DNA of 64,000 nucleotides from Nitrospinaceae bacterium (GCA_965223665.1 OZ245011.1:3936001-4000000); one strand, 5' to 3'. Shown: positions 9,933-20,332, counted from the first letter of the stretch. Notes: a model not told the origin generated them from the letters alone. Made by a program: numbers and translations.

Positions 9933-11216
9933 TTACTTTTTCTTTTTGGATTTTTTATATTTTTCCCAAACCATGACGCAATTTCTTCCATGGTCTTTGG
10001 CATTATAAAGTGCCTGGTCAGCCAATTTAATGACTTCCTCAGGGTTTTGGTGGTCATTTTCGGGACTTGCCAAGCCTATGCTCACGGTGATTTGAATTTT
10101 TCTTTTGGAGCGGTTTTTCATTTTAGATGGATTATTGTTATTGGATTTGCGTGTTTTTTTCGGGGAACGGTTTTTATATTTTTGGGCTTCTAATTTACGG
10201 CGAACTTTATTAGCCCAGGGAAATGCATCTTCTCCGCTCACTCCTTCGAAAACTGCGCAAAATTCCTCTCCCCCATAACGGTATACTTTTTGACCCAATT
10301 CGGAATCCAAAGTTTCTGCAACGATTTGTAAAACATTGTCTCCTTCATCATGTCCGTATGTATCGTTGAAAGATTTAAAATGGTCAATGTCTATCATGGC
10401 AATAGCATATTCTCCATGAAGGCTGCGAAGATACTCATCTAAGGCTCGGCGATTTGAAATATTGGTTAATTCATCCAAATACACTCTTTGCCAGTACATA
10501 CGGAATATGGTGTGAAGTTGAATTCCGCATAGGGCTGCTAAGGCAATTATTGGAAGAATTGATGATTTTGAAGGGGATAGGGAAGAGGTGGTGACTGCAT
10601 GAATCAAATATAAGAAGGGAATCTGACCTATGCAGTTGGCAATTACATAGGGTTTAATTCGTTTGTCTTCATAAGAAAGAGTTTCCAATAAAAATATAAT
10701 TGAACCTAAAATGGCCAACTGTGGGAATCCTAAGTTGAGGGATAAGGAGACCATTTCCCATTCTACTAACAAATTAAATTCGTTCGTTGCTGTTGTTTGC
10801 CAAATCATTAAAAGCGGGATCGGCAAAATCACCAATACGAGCTTCAAAAAGTTAAGAACATTTGTCCAGCGATTTTCTTTTAATCTAAAAATGAGTGCAA
10901 GTGATAAAGGAAAACCAAGACTAAAGATTTGGCAAATTTCTTTTTGACTTAATCCCCAGAAACTAAGAGTGGACGGATTGAATATAATGAAATAAATAAT
11001 AGATTGAAAAAATGAGGCGATTAGGATTCTTTTTTGATTGAGTCGCCAACCCAAAACTCCCATGAGCCCCAGGGTTAGAAAAAAAGGGATAGGAAACCAA
11101 AAATATAGATCGGGGTTATTTAGAGTTTGATGGGTTACTGGCGCAAAATATTCCCAAAGAAATGGCAATGCTACTAAGCCTAAATAGGCGAAATAAATAT
11201 TTCTTTTAAATTCCAT
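9933..11216 (-). CDS. membrane-integral diguanylate cyclase (GGDEF)
   Basis: Multiple N-terminal TM helices; DIDHFKSFNDTYGHDEGD, RYGGEEF, ADQALYNAK. Confidence 0.92.
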   Translation of the reverse strand: MEFKRNIYFAYLGLVALPFLWEYFAPVTHQTLNNPDLYFWFPIPFFLTLGLMGVLGWRLNQKRILIASFFQSIIYFIIFNPSTLSFWGLSQKEICQIFSLGFPLSLALIFRLKENRWTNVLNFLKLVLVILPIPLLMIWQTTATNEFNLLVEWEMVSLSLNLGFPQLAILGSIIFLLETLSYEDKRIKPYVIANCIGQIPFLYLIHAVTTSSLSPSKSSILPIIALAALCGIQLHTIFRMYWQRVYLDELTNISNRRALDEYLRSLHGEYAIAMIDIDHFKSFNDTYGHDEGDNVLQIVAETLDSELGQKVYRYGGEEFCAVFEGVSGEDAFPWANKVRRKLEAQKYKNRSPKKTRKSNNNNPSKMKNRSKRKIQITVSIGLASPENDHQNPEEVIKLADQALYNAKDHGRNCVMVWEKYKKSKKKK

Positions 11217-11349
11217 TCAGGCTTCCTAATTGAAAAGATGAACGAAGACCTATTGACCTCAAGGCAAAAAACAGGTTAGCAGTTTTTTTTATTAAAATAA
11301 ACTGTAAGTGTAAATTTATTATGGTTTTGAATTTTTTATTTTGGGGAAA

Positions 11350-13968
11350 CTATAAGTTGCTGTGTGCGAATATTCTGTGATTATGTCCGTTGGTATTTAC
11401 ACATAGGGCGCCCTGCTGATCGGTTCGCCAAACATTGATATTAGATTCTTTATATCTCTCAATAATTTCTGGATGAGGGTGATGAAAGGGGTTATTAAGA
11501 CCACTTGATATTAGTACATCTTTTGGGTTCACCGCATCCAAAAAAGCTTGAGAGCTAGAAAATTTACTCCCATGATGGGGGGCCTTTAGAATTTGTGCTT
11601 TCAAATTGATCTGTTGATTAATTAAATAAGATTCTTCTTTACTAGTGATATCACCAGACAGTAAAAAACGGACATCTTTAAATTGTACAAGGACAATCCA
11701 TGAATGTTGGTTGCTAATTCTTTCAATGGATGGGTATTTTTCAATAAAGTGTTTAGAAGGATGTAATAATTTTATTTTTACTTCTCCAACAGATAAGATT
11801 GCGTTGGGTTCTAATGAAACTATTTGTGTTCCTTTTGTTTTTAATGTGGCTTTTAAGTTTTTTAACCGAGGATCTTCATGTTGATGAAAACGTGTTAAAT
11901 ATTTTTTTATTGGAAAATAATTTATTAAAGATTCTAATCCGGCTATATGATCATTATCTGAATGAGTAGCTCCAAAATAATCAATCTTCGATATTCCCCG
12001 ATTCCATAGAAAAGGTGCTAAGACGACCTTACCAACGTCTAAACTATTTTTATAATAGCCTCCACCGTCTAATAAAATAACTTTATGGTCTGGAGTTTCA
12101 ATAAAAATGGATTCCCCTTGACCAACATCTAAAAGGCACAGGTCCAATTCATTAGTATGGAAATTTGGAAAACGTGGCCAACATAACCAAATAAATACTC
12201 CAGATATACAAAAAATAAAACCGATTGATTCAAAAAACTTGCGATTAAAAATTCCTATTGAAGACTGCTTTGATTTTGAAATTAAAGTTAACTTATTTTG
12301 CAGAAACGTGTTTGATCTATTTGACCATTGTTCAGGTGGTTGAGATTTCTTAATTTCCTGTTGTCGAAGAATCCATAATGGGAACCCGAATAAAACTATG
12401 TAATATAATATTGGCCAAAATTCGGGAGGAGTGGATACATAAGTAGAAGAGAAGGAAATTTTTTGTGCTTCTTGAGGTATGTGAATGAAAATTTGGGTTA
12501 GCAGGTTTACAAGCGGCATGAAAACTGAAGCCAAAGGTTCCCAGAAAAAACTTAGAAAACAAGACAAAAAAGCGAAGGGAATTAAAAACGAGGCTAAGGG
12601 AATGAATAAAATATTAAGGAAGATTCCTAAGAAGCTGATTTGATTAAAAAAGAAAATGGAAATGGGCAAAACTCCTAAAACTGCTGGTAAAGAAACCATG
12701 GTCGTGCTTGAAATCAATTCAATTGTCCAATGATTGCGAAACCGAGAGTCTCTACGGATAAAAGGAAGACGCTTATACCAAGGAATATCTCCCATCCAAT
12801 CAATGGAATCTCCATTAAGAGGATAGACAATTTGTATATAAAATAAAATTGTGAAAACAGCCATAAATGAAAGCTGGAATCCGGGCGTCAACACTGAATA
12901 AGGATTTATCAATAAAATTATAAAAGCTGCTAGAAGTAGGGCATTGAATAAATTTTGCTTTCTATTAATTAGAAACGAGATGAGGACAAAAATTACCATC
13001 AAACCTGCGCGAATAGCTGAAACTTTTGCTCCTACTAAACCCATGTAAAGTCCCACCGGGATCAGGGTAAGAATGGCTGTTATTTTTTTTGCAAGACCAC
13101 TCCTTGCGGAAAGTGGCAGGAATCGAACTAACAATTTAAAGCAAAGAGGATAAAAAAGAAAATAGGTGGCCCCAGCTATAAATCCAATATGTAATCCGGA
13201 AACTGCCAATAAATGTGCCAAGCCAGATGTAATGTAGGCCTGTTTTAATTTATCCTCCAAGAATTGTTTTTCTCCCAATATCATGGCTTTAATAATGGAA
13301 GCAGGAACTTTAGTTAAATATTTATCTAAAAGATGATGCAGTTTCTCTTTTAATGAAATAAAAGCTTGGGCAAAGACATTGGGTTCCTCAAAATTTAGTT
13401 TTTCAATGTTCTTTGACTTCGAAATTCCTCCAATAACATCGATTCCTTTTGAGCGAAGATAAAGTTTGTAATCTAATCGTCCGGGGTTTTTGAAATTTCT
13501 GGGAACTTTTAATCGAATTTTAGAGACTTTAAGTCTATCTCCTAATCGGACAGCCAGATCTGTGTTGTACAAGGTTATTTGTGCAACTCCTGATGTGCTT
13601 AATGGAGGTTCTTCATACTGTATGGTTTCCAGGTTTAAAGTGAATTGAATTTTGTCTTCGTGTTTAATGGGATATTTGGAAATCGTTCCTGTGACTATTG
13701 ATCGTTTTTTTTCTTGAAGAATTTTAAGAATATGATTTTTAGGTCGGATTGTTTCTTCTAAAAAGGGGTGTAAAATACCCCAACTCAAAAGACTTAAAAA
13801 GACAATGAAACGCCAAATGGTAATTCTCCCCGTTTTAAAAAATGCCCAAAACCCTACCGCGATTGCTGAGATTGGGAGGAAAAAAGGGAAAAGAAATTCT
13901 TTTGATCCTGGAAATGATGCTAATACTCCAGAAACTAATGCAAGGAAATAAGGCAGAAGAGGGGGCAT
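11350..13968 (-). CDS. comEC: DNA-uptake competence protein ComEC/Rec2
   Basis: HLLAVSGLHIG, GFQLSF, DVGQGE, THSDNDH, PHHGS, HPH motifs. ORF can extend to TTG 13974. Confidence 0.92.
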   Translation of the reverse strand: MPPLLPYFLALVSGVLASFPGSKEFLFPFFLPISAIAVGFWAFFKTGRITIWRFIVFLSLLSWGILHPFLEETIRPKNHILKILQEKKRSIVTGTISKYPIKHEDKIQFTLNLETIQYEEPPLSTSGVAQITLYNTDLAVRLGDRLKVSKIRLKVPRNFKNPGRLDYKLYLRSKGIDVIGGISKSKNIEKLNFEEPNVFAQAFISLKEKLHHLLDKYLTKVPASIIKAMILGEKQFLEDKLKQAYITSGLAHLLAVSGLHIGFIAGATYFLFYPLCFKLLVRFLPLSARSGLAKKITAILTLIPVGLYMGLVGAKVSAIRAGLMVIFVLISFLINRKQNLFNALLLAAFIILLINPYSVLTPGFQLSFMAVFTILFYIQIVYPLNGDSIDWMGDIPWYKRLPFIRRDSRFRNHWTIELISSTTMVSLPAVLGVLPISIFFFNQISFLGIFLNILFIPLASFLIPFAFLSCFLSFFWEPLASVFMPLVNLLTQIFIHIPQEAQKISFSSTYVSTPPEFWPILYYIVLFGFPLWILRQQEIKKSQPPEQWSNRSNTFLQNKLTLISKSKQSSIGIFNRKFFESIGFIFCISGVFIWLCWPRFPNFHTNELDLCLLDVGQGESIFIETPDHKVILLDGGGYYKNSLDVGKVVLAPFLWNRGISKIDYFGATHSDNDHIAGLESLINYFPIKKYLTRFHQHEDPRLKNLKATLKTKGTQIVSLEPNAILSVGEVKIKLLHPSKHFIEKYPSIERISNQHSWIVLVQFKDVRFLLSGDITSKEESYLINQQINLKAQILKAPHHGSKFSSSQAFLDAVNPKDVLISSGLNNPFHHPHPEIIERYKESNINVWRTDQQGALCVNTNGHNHRIFAHSNL

Positions 13969-13991
13969 AGCCAAAAAATTTCAAAAGGAAT

Positions 13992-16109
13992 TCATTTTTT
14001 TGAAACCAAGGATAAGTCAATATGTTTTTTTGAAAGATCTACTTTAACTACACGGACTTTAACCTGGTCTCCAATGCGAAAAGTTTTGTGTGTATGTTGA
14101 CCTTTTAGCAGGTGCTCATGTTCGTAATAAACATAATAGTCATCCTGTAAAGTTGAAACATGGACCATTCCTTCAATAAAAATGTTTTCAAGTTCAACAA
14201 AAAACCCAAATTGTGCCACATTAGATATGGAACCCTTATAAATTTCACCCAGGCGATCGGCCATATATTGTGCTCGCCTTAAATCCTGGATTTCTCGCTC
14301 TAAGCTCTGGGCTTTTATTTCACGGTCCGAGGATTGCTTAGCATACTCAATGGTCCGGGGCATTATTTTTTTTCTTTCCCTTATGGAACATTTCTTTTTG
14401 GTTAAATAGGTTTTTACCATCCGATGTGTAATTAAATCAGGGTAGCGTCGAATAGGAGAAGTAAAGTGTGTGTAATGTTCAAACCCTAAACAGAAATGTC
14501 CTGGGTCTTCATTCGAGTAGATGGCTTTTTTCATGGTTCGCAATAAAAGGGTATTGAACATTTTTTCTTCGGGTCGATTTTTTGTTTTTTTTAATAATTG
14601 GTGTAGAGAAGTGGATTTGATATTGCGAGTTGAGGGAAGACGGTAGCCAAAATCTTTTATAAATTCATTAAAACGAAATAATTTGTCTTCATCCGGAGGT
14701 TCATGAACTCTATGAATCCCGGGTATATTTTTTTTGTCCAAATATTGAGCAATAATTTGGTTTGCGATTAGCATAAATTCTTCAATTAATTCATGGGCGG
14801 AATTATGTTCCGCTTTAAAAATTTTTTCAACATTTCCTTTGGGCCCCAAAATGATTTCCGGTTCAGGAATATTAAAGTCCACACTGCCCGATCGAAAACG
14901 CAATTTTCTTAGAGATTGACTTAACGCATGGCAATTTTTTAAGGTAGGTAATACATTCAAGAACTCCCCATGGGGATCCCCTTCCTCTAGAAGGCGAGCA
15001 ACTTGTGTGTAGGTGAATCTATATTTACTTTCAATAACCGCTGGATAAATTTCATAATCTAAGATTTTTCCTTTGGGAGTGATCAATACGGACAGACTTA
15101 GAGTCAATCGCTCCACTCCGGATTTAAGACTGCAAATGTCATTTGTTAGTTCAAAAGGAAGCATCGGAATTACACCGTCAGCAAAATAAATACTGGTACC
15201 TCTTTCAAAAGCTTCTAGGTCAATAGCGCTTCCCTCTTTTACAAAGTGACTGACATCTGCTATATGAATACCCAATCTGTAATTATTTCCTTCTAGCTCT
15301 AATGAAATTGCATCATCAAAGTCTTTTGCACGTTCTCCATCGATGGTAAAGATCAACTCTTTGGTAAGATCTCTACGTAATTTTTTTTCTTCATTGGAAA
15401 TCACAGTTGAAATCTGTTTTACTTCTTTTAAGGCTTTTGGCGGGAACTCTGGGTCGATATTATGCTTATGAAAAATTAATCGAAGTTCTGCTTCTGGGTC
15501 GTCTTTATTCCCAAGGACTTGAATGACACGTCCGACGGGAGGATTATGTTTGGTGGGATAATCTAATATCTCAATTTTTACCAATTGGCCGGGTTTAGCC
15601 CTTTTTTTTTCCTTTCCCGGAATAAAGATATCTTGAAAATATTTAGGATCAGAGGGGGTCACCCAACCGTCTCTTCCAAGGGGCTCAAATAAACCCACAA
15701 GTCCCAAGGTTTTTCGCTGAAGTACTCGAATCACACGCCCTTCAGGACGGCTGAACCTGGTATTTTTATTTTCAATTCGAGTAAGAACGATATCCCCATG
15801 CATAGCCCCACCGATTTTTTGTTTGCCTATAAATATATCCTCGTCCCCATATTCTTGTATTACAAAACCATATCCATCCGGATGTCCTTGAAGAGTGCCC
15901 GTCACTAAATTCATTTCACTCGGCAAACCGTAGCGTCCTCCTCGAAGCTTAACTAAAGAACCCTCGGTTGCAAGATATTTTACGATTCTGCGAAATTCTC
16001 TTCGCTGGGTTTCTGGAATAGAAAATAATTTCATCAACTCTGAGAATTTCATGGGACGATTGGCTTTTTCTTTCATTAGTTTTAAAATTTTGTCTTCGTT
16101 TATTTCCAT
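13992..16109 (-). CDS. rnr: ribonuclease R
   Basis: N-terminal HTH and cold-shock domains, TIDGERAKDFDDAIS, HFTSPIRRYPDL, C-terminal S1 domain. Confidence 0.96.
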   Translation of the reverse strand: MEINEDKILKLMKEKANRPMKFSELMKLFSIPETQRREFRRIVKYLATEGSLVKLRGGRYGLPSEMNLVTGTLQGHPDGYGFVIQEYGDEDIFIGKQKIGGAMHGDIVLTRIENKNTRFSRPEGRVIRVLQRKTLGLVGLFEPLGRDGWVTPSDPKYFQDIFIPGKEKKRAKPGQLVKIEILDYPTKHNPPVGRVIQVLGNKDDPEAELRLIFHKHNIDPEFPPKALKEVKQISTVISNEEKKLRRDLTKELIFTIDGERAKDFDDAISLELEGNNYRLGIHIADVSHFVKEGSAIDLEAFERGTSIYFADGVIPMLPFELTNDICSLKSGVERLTLSLSVLITPKGKILDYEIYPAVIESKYRFTYTQVARLLEEGDPHGEFLNVLPTLKNCHALSQSLRKLRFRSGSVDFNIPEPEIILGPKGNVEKIFKAEHNSAHELIEEFMLIANQIIAQYLDKKNIPGIHRVHEPPDEDKLFRFNEFIKDFGYRLPSTRNIKSTSLHQLLKKTKNRPEEKMFNTLLLRTMKKAIYSNEDPGHFCLGFEHYTHFTSPIRRYPDLITHRMVKTYLTKKKCSIRERKKIMPRTIEYAKQSSDREIKAQSLEREIQDLRRAQYMADRLGEIYKGSISNVAQFGFFVELENIFIEGMVHVSTLQDDYYVYYEHEHLLKGQHTHKTFRIGDQVKVRVVKVDLSKKHIDLSLVSKK

Positions 16110-16304
16110 GGGAAGTCCTGATTTGAAAATCGATTTTTTTAAGAAAAATTCAGTTTATTGATTAAAGAATGTCAATTAAGGCTAATAATGAATTGGAAAA
16201 TAGTTGCTTGCCTGCCAACGGAGCATTTTGCTTTTTTAAATTAAGTAACTTATAATTCCTCCTTAGATTTATAGCACGAGAATTAACTTTAGAATATTCC
16301 TGAA

Positions 16305-18395
16305 ATGAAAATTTATTTAGATTGGTTAAAAAAATATGTAGACCACGGTCTGAATGTGGACGAATTGAGCCATCGTCTTACGATGGGGGGGTTGGAGCTG
16401 GAAGGACTGGAAACTGTTGAGCTTGGAAACGGCCGTCAAGCAGAGGTTATGGAGCTTAATGTAACGCCTAATCGAGGATACTGCTTGAGTCACAGGGGAG
16501 TAGCCCGTGAAGTAAGTGCCTTAACGGGAAAACCTTTTAAATCTGACGAATCCAATGTAGATTTAAAAAATGCTATGGGAAACACTTCGGTGGAAGATAG
16601 GATCTCAGTAGAGATCCAAGAAGACTATTTATGCCCACGTTACTCTGCATTAGTAATTGATAATGTGAGTCCTGGTGATTCCCCCCAATGGTTAAAGGAT
16701 TGTTTGTTGGCGGTAGGATTGCGGCCCATCAACAATATTGTTGATATCACAAACTATATTTTAATGGAGTATGGTCAACCTCTGCATGCCTTCGATCGTT
16801 CCTTTTTATCAGGAGCAAAAATCATTGTTAGGAGGGCAAAGCAGAACGAATCTTTCACAAGTTTAGATGGTACTGAATTAAAATTGCAATCGGATGCTCT
16901 GGTTATCGCAGATTCTGAAAAACCTGTTGCTTTAGCCGGAATAATGGGTGGGGCAAATAGTCATGTTACTTTAGATACAAAATCTGTAGTTTTAGAAAGT
17001 GCATATTTTGACCCAATTGCTATTAGAAAAGCTTCTAAAAAATACAATTTAAGATCTGACTCTTCTTACCGTTTTGAAAGAGGTGTTGATATTGAAGCAG
17101 TGATATCGGCCCAATCACGCGCAGCGTTAATGATTCAAGAGTTGGCGGGCGGAGAAATTTGTCTTGGCCGTGTTGATGTGTATCCAAATCCTAAAACAAA
17201 AACTCGAATATTATTTAGGATCTCTCGCGCGAATCAATTAATTGGAATTTCTTTGGCACCAGATAAAATTTTAAATTATTTAAATTCAATTGGTATTGTG
17301 GTGACGGAAAAGAAAACCGAGGATGAGTTTCTTTTGGAGATCCCTTATTCTCGCACAGATTTGGAAAGGGAAATTGATCTAATTGAAGAAGTAGTTCGGC
17401 TTCACGGGTACGGAAATATCCCTGTAACCACTCCAAAAGGATCTTTGACCTCTGCCGCTTTAAATGAGGATCAAAGTAGAATTAGAGAATTGATTAGAGT
17501 AATGGAGTTTTCAGGCTTTTTAGAATCGGTAAACTTTAGTTTTATTGAAAGTAGTAGTGCAGAGGAATTTTTAGGTGCCTTTTCTGATCTTAAAGTAGAA
17601 ACGATTCCTCTTAAAAATCCTATTAGTTCTGAGATGGGGACCATGCGCACCAGTTTGTTGCCAGGATTAATTAAAGCAGCGGCAAAAAACTTGAACCATG
17701 GCCAAAAAACGGTTCGTTTATTTGAGCAGGGAAATGTTTTTTTTCGAAATGGTGACAACTTGTCAAAGGAAATTCCATGCCTTGCGGGATTAATTGTAGG
17801 TCCATATTTTGATGATTTATGGAAGTCGACCGGGAAGCTACATGACTTCTTTGATATGAAGGGTATTGTTGAAAATTTGGTAAAAAGCTTAAGGCTGGAT
17901 TTGACTTTTAGCCCTGCAAATAAACCCTTTTTAGTTTCAGGGCAATCAGTGGATTGTAGGGTTGGTAACGATTTAATAGGATTCTGTGGTTTGTTGAATC
18001 CTAAGACTATTCAAAAAATGGAATTAGAGAAAGGGGCTTTTTGTTTTGAGTTAAATTTGGAGATTTTGCTTCAGGATGCTCCTAAAAAAATAAAATTTGA
18101 ACCGATACCTAAATATCCAGAGACTTTGAGAGATATTTCAATACTGGTTAATAAATCGGTAAAATCCCAAACGGTAACTCAGTTGATAGAGAAAGTGGAC
18201 TCTCCTTTGCTCCATAGAGTTGAACTATATGATCAATTTGAGGGTAAAAAATTGGGGCCCGATAAAAAAAGTTTTACTTTTTCCCTAGCTTTTCAATCTT
18301 TAGAGAAAACCCTGACGGATGAGGAAGTTAATTCGGTATTTGATAAAATTGTTGCCTCTCTTTCAAAAGAGTTGGGGGCTTCGCTTAGAGATTGA
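16305..18395 (+). CDS. pheT: phenylalanine--tRNA ligase beta subunit (short form, no OB-fold B2 domain)
   Basis: TPNRGYCLS, NNIVDITNY, GQPLHAFD, SYRFERGVD, REIDLIEEV, MRTSL, C-terminal FDX-ACB domain. Confidence 0.96.
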   Translation: MKIYLDWLKKYVDHGLNVDELSHRLTMGGLELEGLETVELGNGRQAEVMELNVTPNRGYCLSHRGVAREVSALTGKPFKSDESNVDLKNAMGNTSVEDRISVEIQEDYLCPRYSALVIDNVSPGDSPQWLKDCLLAVGLRPINNIVDITNYILMEYGQPLHAFDRSFLSGAKIIVRRAKQNESFTSLDGTELKLQSDALVIADSEKPVALAGIMGGANSHVTLDTKSVVLESAYFDPIAIRKASKKYNLRSDSSYRFERGVDIEAVISAQSRAALMIQELAGGEICLGRVDVYPNPKTKTRILFRISRANQLIGISLAPDKILNYLNSIGIVVTEKKTEDEFLLEIPYSRTDLEREIDLIEEVVRLHGYGNIPVTTPKGSLTSAALNEDQSRIRELIRVMEFSGFLESVNFSFIESSSAEEFLGAFSDLKVETIPLKNPISSEMGTMRTSLLPGLIKAAAKNLNHGQKTVRLFEQGNVFFRNGDNLSKEIPCLAGLIVGPYFDDLWKSTGKLHDFFDMKGIVENLVKSLRLDLTFSPANKPFLVSGQSVDCRVGNDLIGFCGLLNPKTIQKMELEKGAFCFELNLEILLQDAPKKIKFEPIPKYPETLRDISILVNKSVKSQTVTQLIEKVDSPLLHRVELYDQFEGKKLGPDKKSFTFSLAFQSLEKTLTDEEVNSVFDKIVASLSKELGASLRD

Positions 18396-18415
18396 TTAGC
18401 TTTTTGGCTGTTACA

Positions 18416-18444
18416 TTGACAGCCTTTGACCCTGGTGGTAGGAT
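18416..18444 (+). promoter_or_regulatory. sigma-70 promoter TTGACA-N17-TAGGAT with extended TG
   Basis: TTGACA at 18416-18421, TG at 18436-18437, TAGGAT at 18439-18444, 6 nt before the ATG at 18451. Confidence 0.65.
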
Positions 18445-18450
18445 GGCCTC

Positions 18451-18741
18451 ATGACAACAAAAGGTATTGATAAATTAGAGGAATTAACGTCCCTTTTGGT
18501 AAAAGAATTACGCAGATTGCGTGAGGAAAACCATAAGTTAAAGGTAGAAAATGAATCCTTGCAAAGGGAACGTGATAGAATTTTAACTCAGGAAAAAACG
18601 ACTAAACAAGATTTGATAAATAGTTCGTACCAAGTAAAAAAACTTGAAAAATATTTTCAGCAAAACGAATTGGATAAAAATCAAATTCGCTCCAAAATTC
18701 AAAACTTACTCCAACAAATTGAGAACGCAGAATTTTCTTAA
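18451..18741 (+). CDS. zapB: ZapB-like coiled-coil cell division protein
   Basis: All-coiled-coil 96-aa ORF between pheT and zapA, the usual position of zapB-like genes. Confidence 0.65.
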   Translation: MTTKGIDKLEELTSLLVKELRRLREENHKLKVENESLQRERDRILTQEKTTKQDLINSSYQVKKLEKYFQQNELDKNQIRSKIQNLLQQIENAEFS

Positions 18742-18747
18742 TACCCC

Positions 18748-19071
18748 ATGAGCAAAAGCACTCAAATAACAATTAATGGGAAATTGTACAATGTTAAGGC
18801 AGGATCAGCTTCGACAAACATTCATGAATTAGCAGGATATGTAGACGATAAAATCCAACAAATTTCCCAGTCTTCTAGCAAGTTCTCCACAATTGACCTG
18901 GTAATTTTGGCAGCCTTAAATATCGCACAGGAAGTGTATGAAACAAGAAAACAGATTCAATCATTAGAGGAAAATCAAAATTCCTTTAATAAAGAAGACG
19001 AGCAGAAAATCTCTTTGATAAATCAACTATTAGAGAAAGAATTAGTTGAATTAAATAATGCTAAATCTTAG
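18748..19071 (+). CDS. zapA: cell division protein ZapA
   Basis: ITINGKLYNV, LAGYVDDKI, ILAALNIA; upstream of ssrS-ygfA. Confidence 0.9.
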   Translation: MSKSTQITINGKLYNVKAGSASTNIHELAGYVDDKIQQISQSSSKFSTIDLVILAALNIAQEVYETRKQIQSLEENQNSFNKEDEQKISLINQLLEKELVELNNAKS

Positions 19072-19157
19072 GTTTTTAGTATTATACTAAGTATTAGATA
19101 GACCTTGAGCAGTAATTTGGGTTGTGTTAGGATGACCCAAATTTAAAAGTTAAAATG

Positions 19158-19332
19158 CTTCCCTGCGTTGCTCGAGTAAAAAGTCAATTCTTGAGCCAAC
19201 ATTAATTTTAGGGGTCTTAGAACTACTGTGGTGAGCATGCCTTGTAAAAGGAAGCCTTAAGCAGTAATCCATAGGTCCCACCTGTCCTTGGCAGGTTCAA
19301 AAAATGGTTTTTGCACGGCATCTGCGGGGAAG
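19158..19332 (+). ncRNA. ssrS: 6S RNA
   Basis: About 175 nt whose ends pair (CTTCCCTGCG...TGCGGGGAAG), with TTGAGCC/GGTTCAA pairing around a central bubble; canonical position between zapA and ygfA. Confidence 0.88.
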
Positions 19333-19711
19333 TTAAAAATATAGGTTTTGTTTTCTAAAAGGATGATTGGATTAGTTGAAATGGGGTAATTTTTTCTCAA
19401 CCCTGATAGGATTTATTCAATTCAAATAAATTGTATTTAGGAATTTCTAACGAATCATGGATCAAGGATACGTTTTCAAATATATATTGAGTTCATCTTA
19501 CCGACGGCAAAAAAGCTTAAATACTTTTGATGTGCTCAGGTCCCCCCTAATTCTAGATATAATTTCTTCGCCTTTGAGACAATCCTGCTGGCCCTATAGC
19601 AATTAGAGGCTTGCCATTTCTCATTAATATCACCTTTTAGAAATAAATGAATTGAATGGTTTTTTGGAATCGTAAGTTCCGGAAGTTACCCAGTTTATCA
19701 GGGAATAACGG

Positions 19712-20332
19712 ATGAAAAAAAAATCAAGTAGGTTTGCTTCCTCTCAGGATCATTTGATTACAAAAAAATCTGTTATTCGAAAGAAGTTATTAGAAGAGAG
19801 AAACCAATTAGAAAGCCAGTGGGTACTATCACAAAGTCATGAGATTGCAGCTCAATTTAGAACTCTAAGTTTGTTAAATAAGGCTAAAAATATTTTAGTA
19901 TATTTGTCTAAAGCTAAAGAAGTACAAACGGAGCCCATAATAAAAGACTTGTTTGCCATGGGAAAGTGTTTATTTGTTCCGATTGTTGATAAAAATCAAC
20001 CTGATTTAAAAATCAGTCAAATTTCTGGGTTGGATATCAAATTTAAACTGGGACCTTTTGGAATTAGAGAGCCGGATGAAAATTTTTTAAATTTTGTTCC
20101 CACGACCAAAATTGATACAGTAATTCTTCCTGGTGTTGGGTTCGATTTGTTGGGGACGCGTATTGGGTTTGGAAAAGGATATTTTGATCGACTTTTGTCT
20201 AAAATGTCTAAAAAAATACTGAAAATAGCCTTGGCGTTTGATTTTCAAATTTTGCCAAAAATTCCTAGAACAGAAAGGGATGTTTCAGTAAATTTAATTG
20301 TTACCGAAAGCAGAACTATCACTATTAAATAG
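19712..20332 (+). CDS. ygfA: 5-formyltetrahydrofolate cyclo-ligase
   Basis: GPFGIREP, LPGVGFD, RIGFGKGYFDR. Confidence 0.93.
   Translation: MKKKSSRFASSQDHLITKKSVIRKKLLEERNQLESQWVLSQSHEIAAQFRTLSLLNKAKNILVYLSKAKEVQTEPIIKDLFAMGKCLFVPIVDKNQPDLKISQISGLDIKFKLGPFGIREPDENFLNFVPTTKIDTVILPGVGFDLLGTRIGFGKGYFDRLLSKMSKKILKIALAFDFQILPKIPRTERDVSVNLIVTESRTITIK

Noticed and set aside
9903-10193. Plus-strand 96-aa hydrophobic ORF
   Set aside because: Antisense shadow of the GGDEF gene.
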